DNA of 63,067 nt, counting the filler, from Octopus bimaculoides (taxonomy: Eukaryota), in NCBI RefSeq assembly GCF_001194135.2. It is 6 parts of 6 records of this genome, joined end to end, with 100 filler letters (N's around TTAATTAATTAA, not from the genome) between each part and the next. Parts side by side here need not be neighbours in the genome. Positions count along the whole stretch, not along the records: positions 31,836 to 38,114 come from NC_068984.1; positions 38,215 to 46,034 come from NC_068987.1; positions 46,135 to 54,264 come from NC_068992.1; 3 more parts are not named here. One strand, written 5' to 3'. Shown piece by piece: positions 37,729-50,129 of the stretch. The number at the start of each line of letters is the position of its first letter. Position 1 is the first letter of the stretch. The notes below the pieces were generated by a model that worked only from the letters and a program-made list of their open reading frames with translations, had not been told where the DNA came from and searched no databases. The translations under genes were made by a program, and so were the position numbers.

Positions 37729-38114
37729 GGATGACCTAAAATTATACGCTAGAAATGACAAAGAGCTGGAAACTGGATTACCTAAAATTATACGCTAGAA
37801 ATGACAAAGAGCTAGAAACACTACTACAGACAGTACATGGCTTTACCAAGGAAATAGATATGAAGTTCGGATTAGAAAAATGTGCCAAAGCAACCCTGAA
37901 AAGAGGAAAATTAGTTAAAAGTAGCAACATCACACTAGATAAAGCCAATGAAATAAGAGAACTAGACGAAAGCCAGCCATACAAATATTTAGGAGTCAAT
38001 GAACTAGATAGGATACAACACACACAAATAAAAGAAAAAATAAAGAAAGAGTACTATAGACGAGTTAGATCAATACTAAAAGCAGAGCTCAATGCTAAAA
38101 ACAAGATAATAGGT
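37729..38114 (+). mobile_element. 5'-truncated R4/Dong-clade LINE RT fragment inserted at (AAT)n
   Basis: DDLKLYARNDKELETLLQTVHGFTKEIDMKFGLEKC...YKYLG...KEYYRRVRSILKAELNAKNK; cut off by the scaffold end. Confidence 0.8.
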
Positions 38115-38214
38115 NNNNNNNNNNNNNNNNNNNNNNNNNNNNNNNNNNNNNNNNNNNNTTAATTAATTAANNNNNNNNNNNNNNNNNNNNNNNNNNNNNN
38201 NNNNNNNNNNNNNN
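38115..38214. other. Artificial scaffold spacer
   Basis: 44 N + TTAATTAATTAA (38159-38170) + 44 N. Confidence 0.95.
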
Positions 38215-38866
38215 AGACCCAGAGCTCAAGAAAAAAAAACAAAAAAAACAATATACTGCATATCTGAAACCTTACAGTTTTTGCATTTCGTAATTGAACC
38301 ACCTGCACGATTTTTTTCTCTTTTTTTTCTTTTTTGAAACGATATTGTTGATCTTCACCAACCGGATGAATACATCTGCCGCTCGTCACTATGTCGAGCG
38401 CCAGGAAATGTCATAACAACTTTGTAACCTGGTTTTATGCCTGTTAAATGACGTCACTAGTAATCTTTACGAAAGTTTTCAATGTTGTATGCGGCTTCAA
38501 AGAGACAGTTTGACATGTAAATATTTCTGATTAAGAAATGCTACGGAACTAGTCCTGTTAGTGTTGCTGTTGTTTTATATCCATATGTTGTGAAGGATCG
38601 TGGCTTAATGGTTAAGGTATTTGACTGACGATCGTTAAGCCATGAGTTCAATACCCAGCGGTACTTTATATCGTTGATCGAGATTATTTATTTCTCATTG
38701 CTCCAGTCCACTCAGGTGGCGAAAATGAATTGTACGTGTAACGCCAAGGGCCAACCTTATCACATTTTGTGTCTCGCTGAACCTCTCTGAGAACTGCGAT
38801 AAGACTACGCAAGTCATCAGCCATTTGCACGCTAATTTCACACACACACACACACACATACACATA

Positions 38867-39545
38867 CAGGTTGCGGTGAATAAACTGTCGTTTGAATTAC
38901 GTGAAAATGAAAATAACACTGACTTCTCATTTTAACATATATATTTACCAAACTTATATCAAAATATTTTGAAATACTAAAGAGCAAATTTATTTAATGA
39001 AATCGCCATTGGCTTCAACCACGGCCTCCAGACGACTACGGAATCTCTTTCAACTCTTCTCGACCGTCTCGTTGTTTAAGTTCGTGAATGCTGCCATAAT
39101 CTTTGCTTTCAGTTCATATTTGGTGTTACAAGGAGGTTTGTTGGTCTCTTGCACAACTGCGCCCCACACATGATAATCAAGGGAATTGCAGTCGGGGAAG
39201 TTAGTTGGCCAGATGTTAGGGGTGATGTGGTCGCAGAAATTGTCCGACAGCCATGACTAAGTTCTCCTGTTTGTGTGGCATGGTGCAGAATCCTGTTACT
39301 AGACATAGGATCTTCCAGCAGTCACCCTCTTGACCCAGAGCAGCACTACCTCCTCCAAGCACTTGATATAGGCCTCTGTGTTGAGTCTGAGGCCGTGTGG
39401 GAAGATGAATGGAAGCAAAACTTCGCCATCACTAGTGATCGCACCAAACTCCGTGATGTTAACTGGATGCTTGGTTTTTATCACTCTCGGTACATGTCCC
39501 CAGATTGACACCCAAACACTCTGAAATGTCCGTACTGGAGCTTCT
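38867..39545 (-). mobile_element. Tc1/mariner superfamily DD37D (maT-type) transposase 3' fragment
   Basis: Minus strand YV**QDSAPCHT...WPTNFPDCNSLDYHVWG with 37 residues between the second and third Asp; probable terminus TA|CAGGTTGCGGTG at 38865-38867. Confidence 0.8.
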
Positions 39546-41732
39546 TACGAGAATGCCAAGTAGTACAGAGCGTCGTTTCCAAATATTTGGCTGAGTGAAT
39601 TGCGTCATGGTGCTGTTTTTCACATAGATATTCGACTGGGTATCTGGTCTACGGATAGCAAGATATTATCTNNNNNNNNNNNNNNNNNNNNNNNNNNNNN
39701 NNNNNNNNNNNNNNNNNNNNNNNNNNNNNNNNNNNNNNNNNNNNNNNNNNNNNNNNNNNNNNNNNNNNNNNNNNNNNNNNNNNNNNNNNNNNNNNNNNNN
39801 NNNNNNNNNNNNNNNNNNNNNNNNNNNNNNNNNNNNNNNNNNNNNNNNNNNNNNNNNNNNNNNNNNNNNNNNNNNNNNNNNNNNNNNNNNNNNNNNNNNN
39901 NNNNNNNNNNNNNNNNNNNNNNNNNNNNNNNNNNNNNNNNNNNNNNNNNNNNNNNNNNNNNNNNNNNNNNNNNNNNNNNNNNNNNNNNNNNNNNNNNNNN
40001 NNNNNNNNNNNNNNNNNNNNNNNNNNNNNNNNNNNNNNNNNNNNNNNNNNNNNNNNNNNNNNNNNNNNNNNNNNNNNNNNNNNNNNNNNNNNNNNNNNNN
40101 NNNNNNNNNNNNNNNNNNNNNNNNNNNNNNNNNNNNNNNNNNNNNNNNNNNNNNNNNNNNNNNNNNNNNNNNNNNNNNNNNNNNNNNNNNNNNNNNNNNN
40201 NNNNNNNNNNNNNNNNNNNNNNNNTATATATATATATATATATACATATATATGTGTGTGTGCGTGTGTGTGTGTATGTATGTATGTATGTATGTATGTA
40301 TGTGTGTTGACGTCTCGGTGTTTGACCCCTACGATCGCTTGACAACCGGTGTTGCTTTGTTTACGTAGCTTAGTGGTTTCGCACAAGAAATCGATAGAAT
40401 AAGTCCCAGCATGGTCACAGTGCAATGGCTCAAACAAGTGAAAGATGGAAGACTAACTCATTGTATTTTCCTTCCCTTTGTATTTTAAAGAAGGGAAAGA
40501 AACAGAAATTTACATAATTTGAACAAACATCCTACTTAGCAAACAGAGACATGTATGAACAACCAGATAACAGACAAATACGTTTTAATGATTTTAACAC
40601 TTCTCTCTATATTAAATATTGCTGGCTCACAATCAGTTGTAATCTAGTACGCTTTTAGCGTCATTAAATGGTTTCCGTTGACGGACATAATTATTGTCGA
40701 TTTTTTTATTACGTCATCCCATTTTTCTATCGACCAGAATTCGTTCATGTTTCACAACCTTACCACAAACAAGTTTAATGTCATCACTCGTTATTCGTGT
40801 AAAAGCTAGATGCGTAGTATATATAAAAGGGTTACAGCTGCAATCTAGTGCTGCATCACTGTAAAACTTCAATGAATGCAGTTGACATAGAAAGTTTGCA
40901 GAACAATAGTAAATTAGTCAAAAACAAATATAGAATATATTTTTCTTTTCATTTCTTTTACATTTTTGTGTAAATAACGAAGTAATACTAAAAAAAAACG
41001 AAAAGAAAACATTTATAACAAAGCCACCTTATTGTTTATCTCTTGCCAAGCTAGTAAGCGACATACAATACTAGTTAAATGGCATCGAGCCAGTGAGAGT
41101 AAACAATGTTAGTGGAGATGTGCTTGTCAAATGTCAGTGGTTTGCTTTAACACGTATGTTAGCTGCCAGTTTTGTAGAGGAACAGATAACTCAGAAAAAA
41201 TTAAAGTTGTGTAATCACAGAACTAAATAAAGATACAATTCCCTTCGCTAATGTCGTCATATCTATTTCTTCCTTACTCTCTCTTTCCTTCCTTTTCACC
41301 TCTTTTCTTTTCCATTTCTCTCCCTTTCTTTCGCCCTCTTCTATTGCTGTCTCTTGTTCTCTTACTCTCTGGGGTCTCATCCAAACAGCATATTCTTATT
41401 CTGATGTCCAACTTTAATTATAGTACCGTTGGAGCTGTTAAGAAAACGCAACACACGCTCATATAACACAACACATGCATATATACATACATATAGTATG
41501 TGTATATAATATACACAACATAGGTTATTTTCAATTCATTTATACAAATCCCGAAGGTCATAAATGTGTTCTACTCTCTTTTGTATGTCCAAGTGTCATA
41601 TCCCCCACCCCCCAAAAAATACTAGAATAACTGCTATGTTGATGACGTTTATTGAGACAGAAACACGAATCCACAACTGTTCTCTTGTCTTCACAAAGTC
41701 AAACTGTGTTTCTTTTCTCTCTCTCTCTCTCT

Positions 41733-41775
<43 letters not shown>

Positions 41776-41800
41776 ATGTATATATATATATATATATATA

Positions 41801-42124
41801 TTTATATAAGGGCATTACTATATAATAACGCCTCACGCCATGAGGGACTCTAAGGTCAGACTACTATAAAAAAGCACATTTTTACTGAATGCNNNNNNNN
41901 NNNNNNNNNNNNNNNNNNNNNNNNNNNNNNNNNNNNNNNNNNNNNNNNNNNNNNNNNNNNNNNNNNNNNNNNNNNNNNNNNNNNNNNNNNNNNNNNNNNN
42001 NNNNNNNNNNNNNNNNNNNNNNNNNNNNNNNNNNNNNNNNNNNNAAATGTGCTTTTCTATAGTAGTCTGACCTTAGAGTCCCTCATGGCGTGAGGCGTTA
42101 TTATATAGTAATGCCCTTATATAA
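41801..42124. repeat. Inverted repeat of about 81 bp flanking a gap (MITE TIRs or assembly artefact)
   Basis: 41801-41881 is the reverse complement of 42045-42124 with one mismatch seen. Confidence 0.85.
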
Positions 42125-42230
42125 ATATAAATATATATTTCGGGAATAAATGATGGATTTTTTCCCTTATGAGGTTTTTTTCACGCTAGCTACTTGATAA
42201 ATTCTTGTAAAAGAATTCGTCCTATTATTG

Positions 42231-42263
<33 letters not shown>

Positions 42264-43609
42264 CGCTAGATCCTTTTCTCAATTTTATTAGTTGTAGTAT
42301 TCCCAAGGTGATAGATTTGATCTGTCGCACGTTCTTTAACAACATAAAGCAAAACAACCTGCTCTGTTGCAAATATTCGACTGGGCATCTGTTCTACAGA
42401 TAGCGAGATATTATCTCCTTATCTCAGTTTTTTTTTCTGACCATTTGGAGAAGGAGAGTCTTTTGCATAAAAGGTCATAAGCACTGATATGCCTCCTCCA
42501 CGCCATAGAAAAACAAAACCAAAAACAAATGTAGGTTTTGTTGTTATCAATAATCTCCTTTGTCATCTAAATAGGACAAAACAAGATATAGACAACATCC
42601 TTGACATTTTAATGTAGAACAAACATAATTATTATAAGATATTCATTTACACAACATAAATCATTTTATGCTGAAGATTACTACCTACAAAACAGTCGCA
42701 CCTCGCACAACAAAAAGTGTTACTATCAGTTTTATGTTCCACTGTACCAGCGTTTAAATTATGTTTGCTAATACCGTGATATGTTTCCTGTACTTCGTCT
42801 CATTAGTGATTAAGTAGTTATGTAAAATCTTTTCTTCTACAGGAATAAGGGCCTGAGATTTTCGGGAGAGGGCAAGAAGATTAACTCCAGTGCTCAACTA
42901 ATATTGCTGGACCTAAAGAGACTTCGTCATCTCCGAACTGACTTACAAACAATTAATCTAAATGAAAGCAGTGCCCCATAATAAACCCGTAGCAGCTGAG
43001 CACAGGGCTAAGGTTCGAACTTCCATCCATTAGTGTGAAAAAGACAGAAATGACGCTAGTAATATTTCACCCATGATGATGATATATAAATGCTAGTATA
43101 AATGCTTACAAACTATTTCTGGAGAGGAAGTTAAGATCGATGGAGAAGCACTGACACTCAGTGAATGTTGTCAGTGAGTGTAACGAGAACAGCCCAAGTG
43201 AAGGGTCCTGCGTAATAGAAGAGGACACTCACATTTGGTACTCAGAGTAAACCTGAATCTGTGGATTCCTTGACTGGATTTTGGAGCCTGTTCTTTAATT
43301 AGGACATCACAACACCTTACGTATTTTGTAATGATTTGCTTTTCTTGTTTGGAAATTGGGTATCCCTAATCTGCCATGGTTTTTCCAATTTGCCCTCGTA
43401 ATCTGCATCCTGGCACATAAACATCTACCGAAAGAAAAACCAAAGAACTTCGGAGGATTTTATTGGCGAGCTATGAAAAAAAAAAAAACCGAAGTGGGAA
43501 AACGGGAAAAAATAAAATGACAAACAAAGGAATGTCTCGTAAGAACGTCTTTAGCAACTCTAAATAAAAGATAGAATAAAAAGTAGCCCATAGAGGAAAA
43601 ATAAACAAG

Positions 43610-44070
43610 ATATTCTTTTCTGCTCTAGGCACAAGGCCCGAAATTTTAGGGGAGGGGGCCAGTCGATTAGATCGACCCCGGTACTCAACTGGTACTTAAT
43701 TTATTCACCCCAGAAGGATAAAAGGCAAAGTCATCCTCGGCGTAATTTGAACTCAGAACGTAAAGACAGACGAAATGCCGCTAGCATTTCGCCCGGCGTG
43801 CTTACGATTCTGCCAGCTCGCCGCCTTAAAAAAAAAAAAAGAAGAAAAAAAAATTATTTTCTACTCTAGGGACAAAGCCCGAAATTTTGGTGGGTGGAGG
43901 TCAGTCGATTAGATCGACCCAGTACGCAACTGGTACTTAATTTATCGACCCCCGAAAGAATGAAAGGCAAAGTTGACTTCGGTAGAATTTGAACTCAAAA
44001 CGTTAAGACGGACGAAATAACGATATGAATCTCGCCCGGCCTGCTAACGATTCTGCCAGCTCACCGACTT
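43610..44070 (-). mobile_element. Two tandem SINE family A copies
   Basis: 43610-43830 and 43855-44070, separated by an A-rich spacer; CpG largely retained. Confidence 0.9.
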
Positions 44071-44636
44071 GAAAATAAACAGGATATTAGAAACACAACA
44101 AACCTCTGAATCACGACTGGTTAAAACAAAAAATTCTGAAGCGGCAACACAGCAAGAAAAATAATACGACTAACGAAAACTAAATGTAAACATCAATTTA
44201 ATCAGTGTCCCTACGACAACCTTATAATATACTCTCAGAATACTCTCAAAATAACACAAAAGTACATAACATTGAGTACTATTTGATGAGATTGAATATC
44301 ACCGACAATTATTTTAAAATACAGCATGACAAAACGACATTAGAATGTTACCATTGAAAACAGTAACCCTACACAAAAATGGATTCGCTCAAATGTGTAT
44401 AAAACGAGTATGAACAAGTCTAAATTCCAATCTGTTTATAGTCGAGTGAAATCTGAGCTGCAGCAAAAAGAATTCACTGTGTGTGTATGTGTGTGTGTGT
44501 ATGTGTGTGTGTGTGTGTGTGTGCTTTATAAAATGCTTAGATCTTTATAGACGTACAGGTAGGTTTCCACCAGGATTCAATGCATTGTATATACTACAAT
44601 GTAACGACGCGCATTCAATTGAGCTCTTAACTCTGG

Positions 44637-44716
<80 letters not shown>

Positions 44717-44877
44717 GTGTGTCTGTGCGTGTGAAAGCCCGTGGCCTAGTGGTTAGACGTATCCCACCCACAATATCACTGTCGTGGTTTCGATTCCCGA
44801 ACCGGCTGTGAGCTGTGTCCTTGAGCAAAACCGTAGAATGATAAATTTCCTGACGTTGTCTTTACAGGTAAAACTTT

Positions 44878-45290
44878 TATCTTTTACTTGTTTCAGTCAT
44901 TAAACTGAGGCCATGCTGGGACACCGCCTTGAAGAGTTTTTACGTGAATGAATCGACCTCTGTACTTGTTTTTATTGTTGTAAGCTCTGTAATTATTCTA
45001 TCGGTCTCTTACCGAACCGCTAAGTTACGGGGACGTAAAAAAAACCAACACTGGTTGGAGGGGTTCAAATGCAGACATAATCTGTGGCGAGGGACAAACA
45101 GACACAAAGGCACGCGCGCACGCACACACACACGACGGGCTTCTTTCAGTTTCCGTCTACCAAATCCACTCACAAAGCTGGGGTTGGCCCGATGCAAGTA
45201 GGAGACACTCGCCCAAGGTGTCTACGCAGTGGGACTGAACCTGGAACCATGTGGTTGGAAAGCAAGCTTCTTACCACACAGCCACGCCCT
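44878..45290 (-). mobile_element. Full-length SINE family B (minus)
   Basis: Reverse complement of the 19990-20385 family. Confidence 0.85.
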
Positions 45291-45660
45291 CAGCAATGTT
45301 CACGATTTGTATCCGGTTTCTCATTTTAATCGGACATAACTCTTTTTCCGTTTTGTAATGGGTAGAGCGTGAGTTGCAATGTAATCTCCACACCACCGAC
45401 CTGTACAGCTGTTGCTGAGAAAAATACTGTTGCTCGACATATTTTGTACTTCACTTCAAGCATTCCATGCGTGTTTCACAGTCGCCATTTTTTACTGTCT
45501 GAATACTGAGATGTTCATGAACTTTGGAACTGTCGGTCGATTGTTGCGTTCATACCCAGTTCCGCTCGCCCTACCATCTTCCTGTTAAATATTTGCTATA
45601 ACTCCTCCTCCTCCTCTTCCTACTACTACTACTACTATTACTACTACTACTACCACCACC

Positions 45661-45788
<128 letters not shown>

Positions 45789-45849
45789 CCTCCCCCCAAA
45801 TTTCAGGCCTTGTGCCTACAGTAGAGAGGATTATTACTATTATTATTAT

Positions 45850-46034
45850 TCCGCTCGATGGGCCTGCGTGGTTGAGGCGAAGCGTGGGAACAGAGCGACC
45901 ATTCGGTCTTTGGTGGACCAGAACGACTGCGAGATTTCGGAACCGAAGCAGATGTGTGCAGCCTTTCAGCAGCACTTTGCTCAATTGTTCGGGACGACGG
46001 TAGGACGGACGACGGAACAGACTTCGGTGTGTAC
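45850..46034 (+). mobile_element. L1/Tx1-like ORF2 linker fragment
   Basis: VEAKRGNRATIRSLVDQNDCEISEPKQMCAAFQQHFAQLF resembles the endonuclease-RT linker of Tx1-like LINEs; GC-rich, begins after (ATT)n, cut by the spacer. Confidence 0.5.
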
Positions 46035-46134
46035 NNNNNNNNNNNNNNNNNNNNNNNNNNNNNNNNNNNNNNNNNNNNTTAATTAATTAANNNNNNNNNN
46101 NNNNNNNNNNNNNNNNNNNNNNNNNNNNNNNNNN
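46035..46134. other. Artificial scaffold spacer
   Basis: 44 N + TTAATTAATTAA (46079-46090) + 44 N. Confidence 0.95.
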
Positions 46135-46581
46135 ATTATTTCCTGCACAGATATTTCCCGGATTCAGCGCGCCAAAACTAAAACTTTTGAATTTTAATCT
46201 TTATAATGGATAGAATCACGTGCACGTTTTCACTGGGTGAAGACAACTAGCATGAGATTCTGTTCGATTATAAGAATATCGGCAATCTGTACTGATGATA
46301 AATACATACTTTAATTTGGAAGTATTGATTTTGAAACTATAGTCTGCAGATAATCGAGGTATGTACAATTTTCACTGGTCTCGCCCGCCTGTTTTTGCTC
46401 CGCTGAATCCTTATTTGAGAATTTTTTAAGTGATCTTCTTCTAGCATATTGACAGACCGGTTACTGGTCAATCTTATATACACAAGTATATATATATATA
46501 CACACACACATAGGCACAGGTGCAGCTGTGTAAGAAACTTGCTTCCAAACCACATGGTTCTAGGTTCAGTCCAACTACATG

Positions 46582-46621
<40 letters not shown>

Positions 46622-46628
46622 GTATGTA

Positions 46629-46925
46629 TAAATAAATAAATGGAGTTAAACGCAGGTGTTATTCAAATTCTTTTACTTCTGACACATTTCAAAGATATCA
46701 CTGGTATTATTCCAAAGGAATAATACCAGTGATATCACTATACATATCCATCATATTCTGTTAAAATGTCTTATTGATGAGTTTCATTTCATTTCCCTGA
46801 AGAAAAGATTACATTGTTTTACACCATTTTATTCCTTTGGTATAATACCAGTGATATCTTCAAAACATGTGTCGGAAGTAAAAGAATTTGAATAACACCT
46901 GTGTTTAACTCCATTTATTTATTTA
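46629..46925. mobile_element. MITE-like element with TIRs of about 90 bp and an internal perfect hairpin
   Basis: aaataaatggagttaaacgcaggtgttattcaaattc... versus ...gaatttgaataacacctgtgtttaactccatttattt; 20-bp perfect stem at 46694-46736. Confidence 0.8.
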
Positions 46926-47500
46926 TATATATTATACAAAATATTTCACGTAAACCTGGAGTTTCTACCTTTAAAAACAAGGAGTTAGAACCTTTTTACT
47001 TGTGTGATTTTTTTGCTACCCTGGTAACTATTTATCTATTTTTTCCGTGTTAATTGTTAACAAGGGGAAAATATACACATCTATTTATATATATATATGT
47101 ATATATGTATGTATTTGTGTGCCTGTGCTTGTCCTCTCACCATTGTTTGACAACTGATGTTGGTGTGTTTNNNNNNNNNNNNNNNNNNNNNNNNNNNNNN
47201 NNNNNNNNNNNNNNNNNNNNNNNNNNNNNNNNNNNNNNNNNNNNNNNNNNNNNNNNNNNNNNNNNNNNNNNNNNNNNNNNNNNNNNNNNNNNNNNNNNNN
47301 NNNNNNNNNNNNNNNNNNNNNNNNNNNNNNNNNNNNNNNNNNNNNNNNNNNNNNNNNNNNNNNNNNNNNNNNNNNNNNNNNNNNNNNNNNNNNNNNNNNN
47401 NNNNNNNNNNNNNNNNNNNNNNNNNNNNNNNNNNNNNNNNNNNNNNNNNNNNNNNNNNNNNNNNNNNNNNNNNNNNNNNNNNNNNNNNNNNNNNNNNNNN

Positions 47501-47539
<39 letters not shown>

Positions 47540-47589
47540 TTGTCACCATCATCACTTAGGCGGACATTAAGCAATGATGATAATGATGA

Positions 47590-47622
<33 letters not shown>

Positions 47623-50129
47623 CATTAGATGCAGGCATAACTTCATATATGAATCCCCTTTATATATAAAAGGGAATCAGAAATCCAAGTAGTTTCCTCA
47701 TTGAGCACTCGTGTGAATACTGGCTAACAGAGTGCATAAAAAGGAACAGTATTCCTTAAAGGAGACCATTCCAAACAAACTAAAATTCTAAGGAAAATTT
47801 GTTAGTCATAGAGTATAATATAGTATGTCTAAAAATAGTGGTATTGGTATAACATTTATTCCTTCATTATAATTGCTTCAACAATAGAAATCATAAGCAT
47901 AGATAATGATTATGTAATATTACAATATATTACATGTAATCTATGCTCATTTCATCAGACAATGTTCAAAAAGCAAGGTTTACTGTATTGCATGTATCAG
48001 CATCAACCAATTCAGCTTATAGTAGGTATCTCTATGTGTTATGTACCTAAAAGTGGTTGGAGATTGCTTTAACTAATAATAAACACCTTCTCAATAAATG
48101 TAGCAAAAAAAAGGCAGCAGCAGGCAGAATTGTTAGCATGCCAGGCAAAATGCTTAGCAGCATTTCATCTATCTTTACATTCTGTGTTCAAATACTGCCA
48201 AGGTCAGCTTTGTCTTTCATTCTTTTGGGATCAATAAAGTACCAGTTAAGCACTGGAGTCAATGTAAACTGACTTACCCACTTACCACAAAATTGCAGGC
48301 CTTGTGCCTAAAATTTGAAAACCAATAAACAGCAAAATAAGAATTTATTGCACACACCAAAAGAGTATAATATTCAGGTATTCCCTAACTGGGAAATACT
48401 TCAACTACAGAGAAGTATGCTACTATACTACAGGCCATATGATATGATTCTAATACATCAAGTACAATTTCATAATACCCTTTTCTCATCCCATCCACCT
48501 GTGCTTGTAACATTTTAATGCAGTACCTGATTACAGCAGTACTAAGAACAACGGTATGCATGACCAGCTTAAACGCCTTCCAAACAAGTATGCACAATGC
48601 CCAGAATGATTACACAGATTGTATGTAATTGTACACTTTCTTGTGGAATGTATTGCGCATTCACTATGACTGCCAACTGAGTAAGTTTAGCAGGCAGTGT
48701 AACAGTAGAAAATGGATGCAGTTTGAAATGATAATGTGTAGGTACTTGTTCATGTAAGTATGTATCAATAAGCATGCCTACATATCTCAGCAATGTATGA
48801 ACGCACATGTATGCATATGCATATCTGTGTATGTATATGTAGGTGTGTGGGTGTATGTGACATGCTTTTGTACATGCATGTGTGTGTGTGTATGTGTGTG
48901 TGCATATATGTGTGTGTGCATATTGTATGGGATGTCAGGGAGAGACAGCACTTTTGATGGGAGAACATGTTACACTCTTTCGTTCATCTGCTTTGGTCTC
49001 CACCAGGCACCCAATTCTCATCTGTGGCTTCAAGTAGCTGTTTACATGCAACGGTAGCCACATCTTGGTAAACCACTTCAGCAAGCAGGTTAAGCCAGGT
49101 GAGGGTATCCAACAGATACGTAACTCTCAGTGAGTTAGATCTTGCCTATCTATACATGTGAAGACTCGATCCAGCAGACTCTACAGAAAAAACCTTTATG
49201 GATCAACAGAGAGGACAGTTGTAACAAATGCATTGTTGAGAGCAAGATGAGGCAAGTAAGACATCTTGGTCATCTACTGCATCCATCTCCATCATTTTGA
49301 TCTGGTGTTGTTACTGAACTGAAAATGGTCACAGACAAGAGAGTGAGGTTAATGGTGCACAATTCTTCTTAACTTCAAACAAAATTACTGCACAAGTCAT
49401 CAGTTATCCTTCAATCAGGATGACATAGATGGCCCTCTTCATTCCAACTGATGAACATGCACGTGTGTGGATACTTCGGTTTGGCATAGTGTGCAGAAGT
49501 GCATATAAGTACAATATTTGGGACATTAGTGTTCATGAGTAGTAGGACAAGAGGTAGTCGAGGTAACATGTCTTGCCCACCACTGACCATAGAAATTCTT
49601 ATCAACACACTTTTATAACTATTAGGACAGTTATAAGAAAAGTTGTTATTATATCCCTGTTTCCCTCCCACACACCTCTTGTCACCTCCTCAATAATCAC
49701 TGTGCCTCTATTTATTTATGATGTATTTGTGCACATGTCTAAATACGTTGTACATAAGTATGAGGTGGATATATAAGCATGTGAGTGTATACCTATGTAG
49801 AAAACACATGTATGAATTGTGTGCTTGTGTATGTCTATATGTTCATACATAGATGGCTTTGGTGGTATATGTGTGTATATATAGATTTTTTGTTTATCAT
49901 AGGTGTACAGTGGGATATGTGTATATGTATACCTGCAAACATGTCGTATACATACTGACCATTGATGCTCGAGGTAAGATTGAAAGAAATGTGCAAATCA
50001 TTGAGAAATAAATAGCTGTTTTCATATGTTGAAAGAATCATTACCTGGTCACTAGTGCTTACAACATCTCCTTTTCAAAAACTTAAATCAGTATCCTAAA
50101 TACCCACTCACTTTCCCAAAATCTGCTTC

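Noticed and set aside
40818-40860. TATAAAAG box about 30 nt before a catcact initiator-like motif
   Set aside because: Common by chance in AT-rich DNA; no downstream exon identified.
46150-46364. Acceptor/donor pair (cctgcacag| ... GAG|gtatgt) in a CpG-rich patch
   Set aside because: All three frames contain stops; it could be a UTR exon, but nothing in the sequence supports that further.
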